Source: Candidatus Poribacteria bacterium
Lineage (GTDB): Bacteria; Poribacteria; WGA-4E; UBA9662
Length of the DNA stretch: 36,806 nt
Assembly (NCBI GenBank): GCA_046582655.1
Contig: JAYGDX010000176.1
Coordinates: 1-36,806, forward strand
Direction: 5' to 3'
Shown: positions 1 to 10,197 of the stretch, one piece after another
How positions within the stretch are numbered: position 1 is the first letter of the stretch
How the letters are laid out: each line of letters begins with the position of its first letter
Made by a program: the position numbers and the translations under genes
The notes under the pieces: generated by a model
The model's input: the letters and a program-made list of their open reading frames with translations, nothing else
Database searches by the model: none
Told to the model about the DNA's origin: nothing

Positions 1-134
1 TCATCCTTGGCTTCTTTGTCGTCGAAAGTCCATTGTGGGGGATCGACTTTCGCGGCAGTGGCACTGGTGTTCAACACCATTGCAAATAAAAAAAAAGTGG
101 GTGACAAAATTATGGCTATAACCTTTTTGTGCAT
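1..134 (-). CDS. 5' part of a secreted protein, running off the window edge
   Basis: Not in the ORF track. Manual translation from the ATG at 134 gives MHKKVIAIILSPTFFLFAMVLNTSATAAKVDPPQWTFDDKEAKD, a Sec signal peptide. The frame is open to position 1 and the gene is divergent from the LamG gene. Confidence 0.7.
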   Translation of the reverse strand, partial: MHKKVIAIILSPTFFLFAMVLNTSATAAKVDPPQWTFDDKEAKD

Positions 135-435
135 TTATATCCCGGTTAAAACTGAAATCTTCTATGAAGCTAGCAGTTAGGTACAGACTGAATTCTATCC
201 CAACACAGCATCACACCCAACCATCTAGAAGAGTGTAACCTGAGATAGACGGATTAGCACCTAATTCTTAAAAAGATTGTGATGCAAGCAAAAAACTTGC
301 TTTTTTAAAGGATTAGTAGTTATATACGAGTGTTTAATGGGAAGAAGCAGGAGGTATTATTTACCTTTTATTTGTTCAATATCACTATTTGCATGACTCT
401 GGTAATATCAATACACTAAAAAAGGAGATAATAGA

Positions 436-1221
436 ATGAAATCCAGAATAATTGTGAATTTTATCTTTCTGACAGTTGTCACACCGTTGATGTTGTACCC
501 TGTCGTAACGAAGGGGCAGGCCGTGGAAGATGGCTTGATCGGTTGCTGGACCTTTGACGAGAAAGATACCGACATTAATGCTGCAAAAGATCAGATTGGA
601 AACAAACATCCTGGAGAGATAAAAGGTAAACCGAAGATCGTTGAGGGTAAAGTCAACGAAGCTCTGAGGTTCAATGGCAAGGAGGACTACGTTGTTATGG
701 GGGAGATAACAGAAGGTCAGGACTTAACCTATGCCATGTGGGTAAAAGTTGAGAAGCTACCTGATGGTCCGAAGGTTATCATTTGGGACGATAATCCCAA
801 TGGTGGCGGTGATGCCTGGTTACAACTGAACGCAAATGGAACCGTTGAAACCCAGAGAGGCGGTGACGGTTTTGGTGTCTTCAGTTCAAAGTCGTCAGTA
901 AAAGCTGGAGAGTGGACACACATCACCTATGTAGCTGACGGGAAGAATGACATAAAGACTTTGTATCTGAACGGTGAACCGGACGGGGATCAGGGAGGTA
1001 AAATCACAACTCGAACGGGAATTAGTCATGTTGTTGTGGCTGTGGGACACGACCGCAACGCGTTTATTAAGCCTTGGTATTTTGAAGGTGACATCGATGA
1101 ATTAGCCATTTATCTTCGTGCCCTTACTCCCCAAGAGGTAAAGAAAAACTATAAGGAATCAATGGCCGTTGATTTCAGCGGCAAATTGGCTATGACTTGG
1201 GGCAGCATTAAGAGTAAGTGA
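436..1221 (+). CDS. Secreted LamG-like jellyroll (concanavalin A-like) domain protein with C-terminal GKLAxTWGxIK motif
   Basis: RBS AAAGGAG at 421-427 and a signal peptide. Motifs LIGCWTFDE, GKVNEALRFNG, TYAMWVK, WTHITYV, LYLNGE and FEGDIDELAIYLRALT. C-terminus AVDFSGKLAMTWGSIKSK. Confidence 0.9.
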   Translation: MKSRIIVNFIFLTVVTPLMLYPVVTKGQAVEDGLIGCWTFDEKDTDINAAKDQIGNKHPGEIKGKPKIVEGKVNEALRFNGKEDYVVMGEITEGQDLTYAMWVKVEKLPDGPKVIIWDDNPNGGGDAWLQLNANGTVETQRGGDGFGVFSSKSSVKAGEWTHITYVADGKNDIKTLYLNGEPDGDQGGKITTRTGISHVVVAVGHDRNAFIKPWYFEGDIDELAIYLRALTPQEVKKNYKESMAVDFSGKLAMTWGSIKSK

Positions 1222-1253
1222 ATCTTATCAATCAATCTCACCTGTAGCCCCTA

Positions 1254-1276
1254 AACCGAGGCATTATTTCTCGGTT
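1254..1276 (+). terminator. Hairpin after the LamG gene
   Basis: AACCGAG-N9-CTCGGTT inverted repeat, without a clear U-tract. Confidence 0.3.
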
Positions 1277-1633
1277 AGAGAAATAAAATTGGCCATCGTT
1301 CGCAATCTGAATGAGGATGTCATGTTGAAGCAGGTGTTATATTGTTACCAACATAATTCAGAAAAACATGTTAATTTGTATTGGACTTGAATGAGTATGA
1401 AGAATCTAATTCTTTATGCTCATTTTTATATACCGGATTCATTCCCAAAATGTAAGTTTCGCAACTTCAATTATCTTTCCCAATTTTGTTTTTCCTATTT
1501 TAACTTCCAATTAGTGCATCCTTAAGTATGGATCCATTTGACTAGTATTTTTGTATGATATGTAATTTCAAGCTCCAGTTGATGTGCTAAACTGTGTTGA
1601 GACTTATCATACGAATAATAGTAGGTGAACTTG

Positions 1634-3904
1634 ATGCCAAGTGAATCCCATGGATTTTTGACCGCGGTTCCGGTGACGGAGGTAGAATTCACAGATCAGT
1701 TCTGGGCACCGCGGATCGAGGTCAATCGAACAACGACCTTACCACAGTGCTTCCATCATTGTGAAGTTACCCACCGAATCCGTAATTTTGAAGTGGCGGG
1801 CGGTTTAACAGCAGGACAATTTGAGGGCATCTACTTCAATGACTCGGATCTCTACAAGGTGGTGGAAGGTGCGGCCTACATTCTGGCTACCTACCAAGAC
1901 CCTGAACTAGAAACCTACTTAGATGATTTAATTAAAAAACTTGCTGCCGCTCAGCAGGAGGGTGGGTATCTGAATACCTACTATACTCTGGTTGAACCAG
2001 ATAAACGGTGGTCCAATTTACCCGTGATGCATGAATTATACTGTGCAGGACACCTTTTTGAAGCGGCGGTTGCCCATTATCGTTCAACCGGGAAGCAAAA
2101 TTTGCTGGATATTGCCATTCGATTTGCTGACGAAATTGACCACGTCTTCGGTTATGATGGATTGGTTGGTGTTCCCGGCCACGAAGAAATTGAGCTAGCT
2201 TTGGTAAAACTTTATCAGGTAACTAATGAGAAACGCTATCTTGATTTAGCCAAGTTTTTTATTGATAAACGGGGAAATAGTGACCGGGACTATGCTCAAG
2301 ATCACCTGCCAGTACGAGAACAGAACCAAATTGTTGGCCATGCTGTTCGAGCTATGTATCTGTATGCAGGTGTTGCTGATGTGGTTAGGTATACTCATGA
2401 TCAAGACCTGTTTGCTACCATGAATCGGATCTGGGATGATGTGACGCTGCATAAAATGTATATCACTGGCGGAATTGGCCCTTCAGCGCATAACGAAGGT
2501 TTCACTGTGCCCTATGATCTACCTAATGAAACTGCCTATGCTGAAACTTGTGCAGCTATCGGCATGGTGTTTTGGAGTCACCGGATGTTTTTACTGCACA
2601 GTCATGTGAAGTATGTGGATGTTCTCGAACAGGCGCTCTATAATGGTTCAATCTCTGGTGTTTCCCTAGCTGGAGATCAGTTCTTCTATGTTAACCCTCT
2701 GGCCAGTCGTGGAAATCATCATCGTCAGCCTTGGTATGGCTGTGCTTGCTGTCCGACAAATATCGTGCGATTTATCCCGCAGGTCGGGGGATATTTTTAT
2801 GCGACTTCGTCTGCTGCGGTGTGGGTGAACCTTTACGCAGCCAACAGGGCAACAATCTCCTTGAGCGGTGGATCAGTTGAACTGGTACAGGAAACCAACT
2901 ATCCGTGGTCTGGTCACGTCAAATTAGTTGTCCGTCCAACACATCCAACAACCTTTAAACTTCATCTGAGGATTCCGGGATGGTGTGTAAAGGCAGCGGC
3001 CAAAATTAATCAGCAATCGATAGAAGTCCTGCCTGATGACAACGGCTATCTGAGCCTAGATCGCCAGTGGAAACCGGGCGATACGGTAGATCTGGAGATG
3101 CCAATGCCGATTGATCGAATTATTGCCCATCCGAAAGTTGCCGCTGATCATGGTCGCGTCTGTCTACGTCGTGGTCCGGTAGTCTATTGCTTGGAGGCAA
3201 CGGATAACGGAGGATCAGTTCGGGATATTGCTTTGCCCCAAGATGCTCATCTGGAATCCCATTTTGAAGAGAGTTTACTGGGTGGGGTAACCACTCTGCG
3301 AGGTAAAGCCTGGCGACGAGCCCCGATTGATTGGGGAAATCAGCTATATCAAACGACCCCGCCGGATAAGGAAACAAAAATTACGGCTGTCCCTTATCAT
3401 GCCTGGAATAACCGTGAGGTTGGCCCCATGAGCGTCTGGCTGCCAGAAAGTACCATTCTAGCTGAAGCCAGATTGAAACCAACAATGGCCACTGCAGGGG
3501 AACCTGCAGCCTCTTTTGTTTTTAATCAACTGGATGCCATTAACGATAATCTAATGCCGTCCGGTTCAAATGACCATACAATTCCCCGCTTTACCTGGTG
3601 GGATCACAGGGGAACAAGCGAATGGATTAGCCTTGCATTCGAAGAACCCAAGCAGATTTCTTGCGCAGAAGTCTATTGGTTTGATGATGGTGACCGTGGA
3701 GAGTGCCGTATTCCGGAATCGTGGGAGGTGGAGTGGTACGATGGTGCAACTTGGCAAACCGTCATAAATGCTTCTGTTTATGGTATCGAACCAGATGTAT
3801 TTAATCGTGTTTCCTTTGAAACTGTACAAACGACAAGCATTCGGTTAGTAGTGCAACTTCGAGAAAGTATGTCTGGAGGCATCCTTGAGTGGCGTCTACC
3901 TTAG
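1634..3904 (+). CDS. Glycoside hydrolase family 127 (beta-L-arabinofuranosidase-like) with C-terminal F5/8-type C (discoidin)-like domain
   Basis: Motifs DSDLYK, HELYCAGH, GHEEIE, GHAVRA, YAETCA and CACCP. The C-terminal region reads WWDHRGTSEW...VYWFDDG...GILEW. ATG at 1634 follows AGGTGA; the track starts at GTG 1625. Confidence 0.9.
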   Translation: MPSESHGFLTAVPVTEVEFTDQFWAPRIEVNRTTTLPQCFHHCEVTHRIRNFEVAGGLTAGQFEGIYFNDSDLYKVVEGAAYILATYQDPELETYLDDLIKKLAAAQQEGGYLNTYYTLVEPDKRWSNLPVMHELYCAGHLFEAAVAHYRSTGKQNLLDIAIRFADEIDHVFGYDGLVGVPGHEEIELALVKLYQVTNEKRYLDLAKFFIDKRGNSDRDYAQDHLPVREQNQIVGHAVRAMYLYAGVADVVRYTHDQDLFATMNRIWDDVTLHKMYITGGIGPSAHNEGFTVPYDLPNETAYAETCAAIGMVFWSHRMFLLHSHVKYVDVLEQALYNGSISGVSLAGDQFFYVNPLASRGNHHRQPWYGCACCPTNIVRFIPQVGGYFYATSSAAVWVNLYAANRATISLSGGSVELVQETNYPWSGHVKLVVRPTHPTTFKLHLRIPGWCVKAAAKINQQSIEVLPDDNGYLSLDRQWKPGDTVDLEMPMPIDRIIAHPKVAADHGRVCLRRGPVVYCLEATDNGGSVRDIALPQDAHLESHFEESLLGGVTTLRGKAWRRAPIDWGNQLYQTTPPDKETKITAVPYHAWNNREVGPMSVWLPESTILAEARLKPTMATAGEPAASFVFNQLDAINDNLMPSGSNDHTIPRFTWWDHRGTSEWISLAFEEPKQISCAEVYWFDDGDRGECRIPESWEVEWYDGATWQTVINASVYGIEPDVFNRVSFETVQTTSIRLVVQLRESMSGGILEWRLP

Positions 3905-4000
3905 TAAGCAAGACAGAACTTTAGATCGTCTCCAGTAAAGAAGATTGAAAAAACTCAATCATTCCAAGAGACATCCATCTGATATTGAAGTGATACTTTA

Positions 4001-5265
4001 ATGAAAACAGTATTACGTTCAGCGACCGCAACTGACGAAGAAGCCGTAATACAGGTTTTTTCTTAGGCATTCAATCGTGAAAAGGGCGGGCAGAAATATG
4101 AACGAGATCTCTCCGTTTTTAAAGCAAATCCAGCCAGCCATCATGTACTAGAATACAACGGCAAGATTATTTCAGCACTCCATATCTCAGAACATCGTAT
4201 CCAGATTGGCTGTTGCGTCATTACCAAAGCTGATGTTGGTGAGATCTCAACTTTGCCTGAATATCAAGGGAAAGGTTTTGGCACCAAACTGATGGAAAAA
4301 ATAGTCAAAAGGATATCACCTGTCACGCCTGGGAGGATATGTCCGGTTCTATCGCCGTTTCGGCTGGGGGTACCTTTCCCTCGGGGTTTCGTTGAGTTTC
4401 CTATAGCCGGACTTACTTCCCGTGGCACCTATACTGTGACCCTGATGAATTTCTGAATCTAACAAATCATTCAGGAGAGATTCGTTCCTACGACCCGCAT
4501 GCCGGCAGTTTAGTTCGCCACCGATTATACGATGAGTTTAACCTCAATCGTACAGGCGCACGCCCGCAAGGATCTTATTCCCCTCTGGGAGAGAATCCTA
4601 ATTGGCATCCTAACCCTTGGCAAGTGGTCCATGAAAAACAGGGTGAGGTACACGCTTATATGTTCGCTCAAACGGCACCAGCCGATCTAACTCGATTTGA
4701 AACTCGAGTTACTATCCAAGATGCGGCTATTTCTACTAATTCACTGGACTCTCTGGGATACTTACTTAGCCATATTCTTGTAGCCGCTCATCGTTACGGT
4801 ACTTCAACCATAAGGGCCAGACTTCCGCTTGATTTTTGTCTTTACCCAATCTACCGAGATTACATCCTAGGATTTATCCCTACGCTCTGGCAAACGACGG
4901 AGTCCGGAAATATGCTGCAGATTATCGATTTTTCGGCTTTGATGAAAGTGTTGATTCCTGAATTTCAAAATCGTTTACAGAATTCAGTAACCTCTGTAGA
5001 GGACGGTGATTGGCAAATTTGTGTCAATGAACAAGAGATCTATTTTCGTTTACGTCAAGGTCAACTGACATGTATTGATAAACCGGAACCAACTGATAGT
5101 GTGAGAATAGATCTAAGTTAAGAACCCTTTTGCAACTTACTTCTAGGTCTCCAATCAGTGTGCCATGTTGTTCGCCAACTTCCCGTCAGTTTGCCGAGAG
5201 AAAGCATTGCATTTTTAACGGCTATTTTTCCTCCATAACCAACTGCAACAGGCGTGTGGAGATGA
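4001..5265 (+). pseudogene. Disrupted Eis-like GNAT acetyltransferase with SCP2-like C-terminus
   Basis: MKTVLRSAT...VFS*(TAG 4064)AFNRE...VGEISTLPEYQGKGFGTKLM (GNAT motif A). A frameshift leads to GYHLSRLGGYVRFYRRFGW, followed by further frameshifts and in-frame TAA at 5119 and 5236. Confidence 0.8.
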
Positions 5266-5335
5266 TTAGCTGGGAATAACAACCACCGACGGTAAAAAAC
5301 CATTCATGATGGAACGGTCATTGTTCAATCATGGG

Positions 5336-5364
5336 TTGACAACCATTCACATCTGTTTAATAAT
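5336..5364 (+). promoter_or_regulatory. sigma70-like promoter for ggt
   Basis: TTGACA-N17-AATAAT, followed by RBS AGGAG before ATG 5415. Confidence 0.5.
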
Positions 5365-5414
5365 GGAAATGGACTTAATTCGGATTGAATCGTAACTCAG
5401 TATAGGAGATAGTT

Positions 5415-7043
5415 ATGGCATTTCCGTCACACGGTATTACTCACCGTCCAACAGTAACCGGTACACGTGGCATGATTGCCAGTGCGCATCCGATTGCAAG
5501 TTTAGCTGGCGCGCGCATACTACTGCAAGGAGGTAATGCTTTTGACGCGGCAGTCGCTGTCGCTTCCACATTAAATGTCGTTGAGCCATATATGTCAGGC
5601 ATAGCGGGCTGTGGTTATATGTTGATCTACAGCGCCAAAGAACAAAGAATTCGTGTGCTTGATTATATGGGAACAAGTCCATATGAAGCAACTCCTGATG
5701 CCTATTCGAAGCTGGGATCAAACGAGGTAGGTATTCGGTCAGGCATGGTTCCCGGTGCCTGCGGTGGTTGGGTATCTTTACTCAATCAATACGGGAGCAT
5801 GAGTTTATCAGATGTATTTTCGCCGGCTATAGAATATGCCGAAAAAGGGTACGCAGTAACTGTCAAAAATGCTTTTTTTATGGATGGAACCTCATCCCGA
5901 TTCTCTCCCATGGCTTCAAAAGTGATGATGTCCCGTGGTCGAACACCTCTGCCGGGTGAAGTCCTGATCCAAAAAGATCTTGCCAAAACTTTTCGACAAG
6001 TTGTTAATGGGGGAATGGACGTTTTCTACCATGGTGAAATTGCACAAGAAATCGCCCGATTCTCCCGCCAAAATAGAGGTCTAATCACTGAAAAAGATCT
6101 GGAAGACTTTCAGGTGGAGTGGCATGACCCGATATCAATACCTTACAAGGGATATGAGATCTATTGTCCTCCACCACCATGTTCCGGTTTTCAATACCTG
6201 GAGACGCTCAATATTTTAGAAACTGATTCGTTGGCTGACCTAGGCCACAATTCAGCTGATTACCTTCATCTGCTAATTGAATCTATTAAGCTAGCCAGTG
6301 CAGACAGGGAGGAATATACTTGCAGCCAAAATTCACCGATAGCTGGTTTACTTTCAAAAGGCTATGCGGCCAATCAGAGACAGCGGATTAGATCCGAAGC
6401 TGGGGTAGGAGGTGGCGAACGTTATGCTAAAGATAAGCTAGCTGGAGAAATATTGCCTGGAGACCCCAGTCAATGGATCAATGAATGTACAACCCACTTT
6501 GATGTGGTTGACAACCAAGGTAACGCCGTAGCCACAACACAGAGTCTTGGTTCAGGATTTGGATCTGGTGTCGTTTTGGGTGATACGGGTATGTTCCTCA
6601 ATAATTTTATGAACTGGTTTGATCTTTTACCTGAAAGTCCAAATGTTGTCGCTCCTCACAAAAAGATTGAAATGTGCATGTCTCCCTGCCAAATTTGGAA
6701 GGACGATAAACTTTTCGCAGCACTCGGCACACCGGGAAGTCACGGTATTTTACAGACAACAGCCCAGATGATTTTGAACCTGATCGAACATGAAATGAAC
6801 ATTCAGGCGGCAATTGAAGCTCCTCGCGTCCGAATTGAGCAACCTGGGACTGACGTGGGTATTGAAGAACGGATTTCATCCCAAGTTAGAGAAGAACTTA
6901 CTGCACGAGGACATGACGTACGTGTACTTCCAGCTTGGACTGCAGCGGTAGGAGGAGGTCAAGGCATTATTGTTGATCAACAAGAAGGGGCATTCATGGG
7001 CGGAGCTGATCCCCGTCGTGACGGATACGCCATTGGAGTTTAA
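5415..7043 (+). CDS. ggt: Gamma-glutamyltransferase family Ntn-hydrolase, cytoplasmic
   Basis: GGNAFDAAVA, VVEPYMSG, VPG, PPPCSG, nucleophile TTHFDVVD, GTPG and GADPRRDG. No signal peptide. Confidence 0.92.
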   Translation: MAFPSHGITHRPTVTGTRGMIASAHPIASLAGARILLQGGNAFDAAVAVASTLNVVEPYMSGIAGCGYMLIYSAKEQRIRVLDYMGTSPYEATPDAYSKLGSNEVGIRSGMVPGACGGWVSLLNQYGSMSLSDVFSPAIEYAEKGYAVTVKNAFFMDGTSSRFSPMASKVMMSRGRTPLPGEVLIQKDLAKTFRQVVNGGMDVFYHGEIAQEIARFSRQNRGLITEKDLEDFQVEWHDPISIPYKGYEIYCPPPPCSGFQYLETLNILETDSLADLGHNSADYLHLLIESIKLASADREEYTCSQNSPIAGLLSKGYAANQRQRIRSEAGVGGGERYAKDKLAGEILPGDPSQWINECTTHFDVVDNQGNAVATTQSLGSGFGSGVVLGDTGMFLNNFMNWFDLLPESPNVVAPHKKIEMCMSPCQIWKDDKLFAALGTPGSHGILQTTAQMILNLIEHEMNIQAAIEAPRVRIEQPGTDVGIEERISSQVREELTARGHDVRVLPAWTAAVGGGQGIIVDQQEGAFMGGADPRRDGYAIGV

Positions 7044-7104
7044 TTTGGCGCATTATTGAAGTAAATTCTTCACCTTTCTACTAAGAGATAATATTAGGAG
7101 TAAA

Positions 7105-8517
7105 ATGACAAGTCCACACGTTATCTATATTCTTTCCGATGAACACTGCGGAACAGCGATGGGCCATGCAGGTGATCAAAACATTAGTACGCCAAATATG
7201 GATCGGCTGGCATCAGAAGGGGTTAGTTTTCGCAATGCCTACGCCAATTGTCCGATTTGTACGCCTTCACGGGGAACGATTTTCTCCGGTCGTCACGCTC
7301 ATGCCGGACCGGTGCAGTTTTTCTTTGACGTTTACAAGGCAACCTCACCAAGTACCGCAACAATTCTGCGCACAGCCGGTTATCATACTGCTTACTTTGG
7401 CAAATGGCATTGTGGGGTTGTTCAAGATCAGGAATCGGACGAAGTGCTCCAAAACCGTCAGGACTATACACGTTGGCCGATGCGTACACCGGAATACCAT
7501 AGAGGCGGATTTCAGGATTGGTTTGGTTTTGAGGTTAATAATGCCCCTTTCAAGGGATTCTATTATCATCAAAAGGAAGTCAATCCCAGAAAAATCAACG
7601 GGTATCAGACTGATGTTCTCACTGATATGGTCATACAGTATCTAGACGAGTATGATCATCAAAAGCCGCTCTTCTTGGTTTTGAGCGTAGAACCACCACA
7701 TTTCCCCTTGGATGTGCCAGATCAATTTATGCGTTTTGACCCTGCTGAACTGAAGACCCAGCCAAACTTTTCAGATACACCGGAAATGCGAGAAAAATTG
7801 GCCACCTATTATGCGATGGTAGAAAATTTGGATTGGAACATTGGACGTCTTTCAGACGTTTTGTCTGAGAGCGCACAATTTGCGGATAAAACCTTGACTG
7901 TTTACTTCTCTGATCACGGAGACTTTATGGGAAACCATGGGCTTTTTGAACGCAAAGAGAATCCACATCAGGAATCAGTGCGTGTTCCTGCTATATTTCA
8001 TTGGCCTAACCAGATACCAGTACAAGGCATGCGTGATGAGCTGTTTAGCTTGGTTGATATGTTGCCAACCACACTTGGGCTTCTGGGAATTGACATTCCC
8101 AATCATCTGCAAGGTAAGGATTTCTCTTCAGCACTGCTGAATAAACCATTCGTAGAACCCAATCACGTCCTGTTGGAAATGTGCGGGAACCCGAGATGGA
8201 ATCTCGATTTCCTCGACTGGCGCGGATTAGTTACCAATAAATGGAAATACGCTTACTATGAAACAGGACACGAACTTCTGTTTGATCTAGAAGAAGACCC
8301 CTATGAACAAACAAATCTCGTCGACACCCAGACTGAAATTAGCGATCAACTTCGTCGACAACTATTAAGAACACTAGCAGAGACTCGAGAACCGTACTTT
8401 GATGTCCTGATCGAACACGGTGTTAGGCTTGAGACTCCAGTCATTAACGTCTCCACTCGCAAGCACGGTGGGATCTCACCGATGTGGGACAAGGTAATCC
8501 AAACGGATGAAACATAA
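7105..8517 (+). CDS. Cys-type (formylglycine-dependent) sulfatase
   Basis: ILSDEH, CTPSRG signature, GYHTAYFGKWH, PPHFP and SDHGD. RBS AGGAG. Confidence 0.92.
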   Translation: MTSPHVIYILSDEHCGTAMGHAGDQNISTPNMDRLASEGVSFRNAYANCPICTPSRGTIFSGRHAHAGPVQFFFDVYKATSPSTATILRTAGYHTAYFGKWHCGVVQDQESDEVLQNRQDYTRWPMRTPEYHRGGFQDWFGFEVNNAPFKGFYYHQKEVNPRKINGYQTDVLTDMVIQYLDEYDHQKPLFLVLSVEPPHFPLDVPDQFMRFDPAELKTQPNFSDTPEMREKLATYYAMVENLDWNIGRLSDVLSESAQFADKTLTVYFSDHGDFMGNHGLFERKENPHQESVRVPAIFHWPNQIPVQGMRDELFSLVDMLPTTLGLLGIDIPNHLQGKDFSSALLNKPFVEPNHVLLEMCGNPRWNLDFLDWRGLVTNKWKYAYYETGHELLFDLEEDPYEQTNLVDTQTEISDQLRRQLLRTLAETREPYFDVLIEHGVRLETPVINVSTRKHGGISPMWDKVIQTDET

Positions 8518-8570
8518 TTTCATAGGTGCAATTAAGAACGAAATTTAGCAATCTAGATGTAAGCTGTTTT

Positions 8571-8595
8571 ATTTAGTGCTGTTGCACTAAATTTT
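8571..8595 (+). terminator. Intrinsic terminator-like hairpin after the sulfatase
   Basis: ATTTAGTGC-TGTT-GCACTAAAT followed by TTT. Confidence 0.5.
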
Positions 8596-8667
8596 CTGTG
8601 ATGACAAAATAATGATGACCTTGAAATAGAAGCTTAATATCATACTTAAAACAGAAAAAAGAGGAAT

Positions 8668-9414
8668 ATGGTGACTGAGGAACAGAAATTTATCTTTGAT
8701 TTGAAAGGGTATTTGTTAATACCTGAAGTTCTCAAATCAGCAGAAATTAAAAGCCTCAAAGAGCAGATTGAAACCATTCGCACCGATCCAGAATCTTTAC
8801 CGGTGCATGAGAGAAGATTTCCGGGCGGTGTAGCCTCAATGCTGATTGATTATCCGGCTGTAATGGATATTTTAAATGAGATTATTGGTGAAGTACGGAT
8901 GGAATCAAGTTGGTTCACCTACCGGAACGTCGAGGATAAAGGGCCAACACCCCATGGCGGCGGACGCAACACCAATCCGAATTTCAGCTACCAGTGCCAC
9001 AACGGAAAAATCTATTCTGCGCTAACTCGCGTGGTTTTTGAGCTCAATGAAGTTAGAATAGGTGATGGTGGAACACTGTTCATGCCGGGAAGTCACAAGT
9101 CTAACTTTTCCATGCCGAGGAAACATCGATGTGTTGAGTCACCTCTATTGGAAACGTACAATTGTCCACCAGGTTCAGTTATTATATTCACGGAAAATCT
9201 GTGCCACTCGGGAGATATATGGAAAAATCCGGATCGTCCCCGAATTGCGGTGTTCAACTGTTATAATTTTGTCGGTTGCCAGTTTCATAAGCCGTCTGTA
9301 CCTAAGGAAATAATTGATCATCTGCCATCAGAGAAAAAAAACTTTTTCAGGGATGTTTGGACATGGAATCAAGGGGGGGCAAATAATGGCCGAAATCTCC
9401 ATTATGATAATTGA
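8668..9414 (+). CDS. Phytanoyl-CoA dioxygenase (PhyH) family protein
   Basis: FDLKGYL, PHGG, GGTLFMPGSHK, PGSVIIFTENLCH and RPRIA. Confidence 0.85.
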   Translation: MVTEEQKFIFDLKGYLLIPEVLKSAEIKSLKEQIETIRTDPESLPVHERRFPGGVASMLIDYPAVMDILNEIIGEVRMESSWFTYRNVEDKGPTPHGGGRNTNPNFSYQCHNGKIYSALTRVVFELNEVRIGDGGTLFMPGSHKSNFSMPRKHRCVESPLLETYNCPPGSVIIFTENLCHSGDIWKNPDRPRIAVFNCYNFVGCQFHKPSVPKEIIDHLPSEKKNFFRDVWTWNQGGANNGRNLHYDN

Positions 9415-9484
9415 GCTCACATCATAAAAAGATCTCAATTCAATCGTCAACTAACACCTAATTCGTTGAGAATGTCGAGAAAAA

Positions 9485-9760
9485 ATGCCTAGGATTGGAT
9501 CAATTGCTGCAACATTGCTTAGCCGAGGCACGTCAGCCAGTAGCCTCAAACCTGCCGGTATAGTGGAAGCAATGAAGATGGAAGGCGGCCAAGAACTTCA
9601 TCGCGTTGCTGAATCTAAGCGGATGCAGGTTAAGGACGTTGAGCAGCATCTGCAACAGATCAGTCAGTCTTCCCCTCCCAACTCCGGATCGATCGGTGGT
9701 ACATCTACAGAAGATTCTAGCCAACCAACAGCAGGATTGCTGATCGATCAGAAAAAATAG
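9485..9760 (+). CDS. Small hypothetical protein
   Basis: 91 aa ORF with helical and low-complexity segments, ending GLLIDQKK. It fills the gap co-directionally with its neighbours. Confidence 0.5.
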   Translation: MPRIGSIAATLLSRGTSASSLKPAGIVEAMKMEGGQELHRVAESKRMQVKDVEQHLQQISQSSPPNSGSIGGTSTEDSSQPTAGLLIDQKK

Positions 9761-9845
9761 GCGTACTATAATTTCTCCTGCTATGCGTCTCTCCATTTTA
9801 TTCAATTGCCATATTCGGCCTACTCAGCCCTATGGTGTCAATCAT

Positions 9846-9885
9846 TGTTGGTTTTTCTAGCACGGCTTTGACTGAAAATCCTACA
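9846..9885 (+). promoter_or_regulatory. Tandem putative bEBP (NtrC-like) enhancer sites upstream of amtB
   Basis: TGTTGGTTTTTCTAGCA (9846) and TGACTGAAAATCCTACA (9869), 23 bp apart. Spacing matches the sites upstream of the porin. Confidence 0.6.
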
Positions 9886-9960
9886 CGTCTCTCTCGAATC
9901 CCATAGGATGAAGTAAAACATGAATCGGTATTCTTAGTGGATTCCAACCCTTCATCCCAA

Positions 9961-9976
9961 TGGCACATCTATTGCT
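9961..9976 (+). promoter_or_regulatory. sigma54 (-24/-12) promoter of amtB
   Basis: TGGCAC-ATCTA-TTGCT, a full match to TGGCAC-N5-TTGCW. Confidence 0.8.
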
Positions 9977-10157
9977 CTCTACATCTTAGCAGTTTGTCTA
10001 GGCGATAATGGTCTTGCAATTTTTTTCGAACTGTCATAATCTACTGATATTATTTTGTAATCACCATATTAATGTAACAATGTAATATTGTTTACATGAA
10101 AGGGAAGTCTTGTGCGGGCATCTTTAGTTTGCATCGCACAATCCATCTTTACTTTTA

Positions 10158-10197
10158 CAAAGACAGATAATTACTATCAAAGACAGATAATTACTAT
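10158..10197. repeat. Perfect 20-bp tandem duplication
   Basis: CAAAGACAGATAATTACTAT occurs twice in tandem. Confidence 0.95.

Noticed and set aside
4064..5238. Stop-codon reassignment explaining the in-frame TAG/TAA in the GNAT gene
   Set aside because: Frameshifts are also present, and intact genes in the window end at TAA, TAG and TGA.
8571..8592. CIRCE element
   Set aside because: Does not match TTAGCACTC-N9-GAGTGCTAA and is far from groEL; it fits a terminator better.
10158..10197. Tandem repeat as a CRISPR array
   Set aside because: Only two adjacent 20-bp copies, with no spacers and no cas genes.
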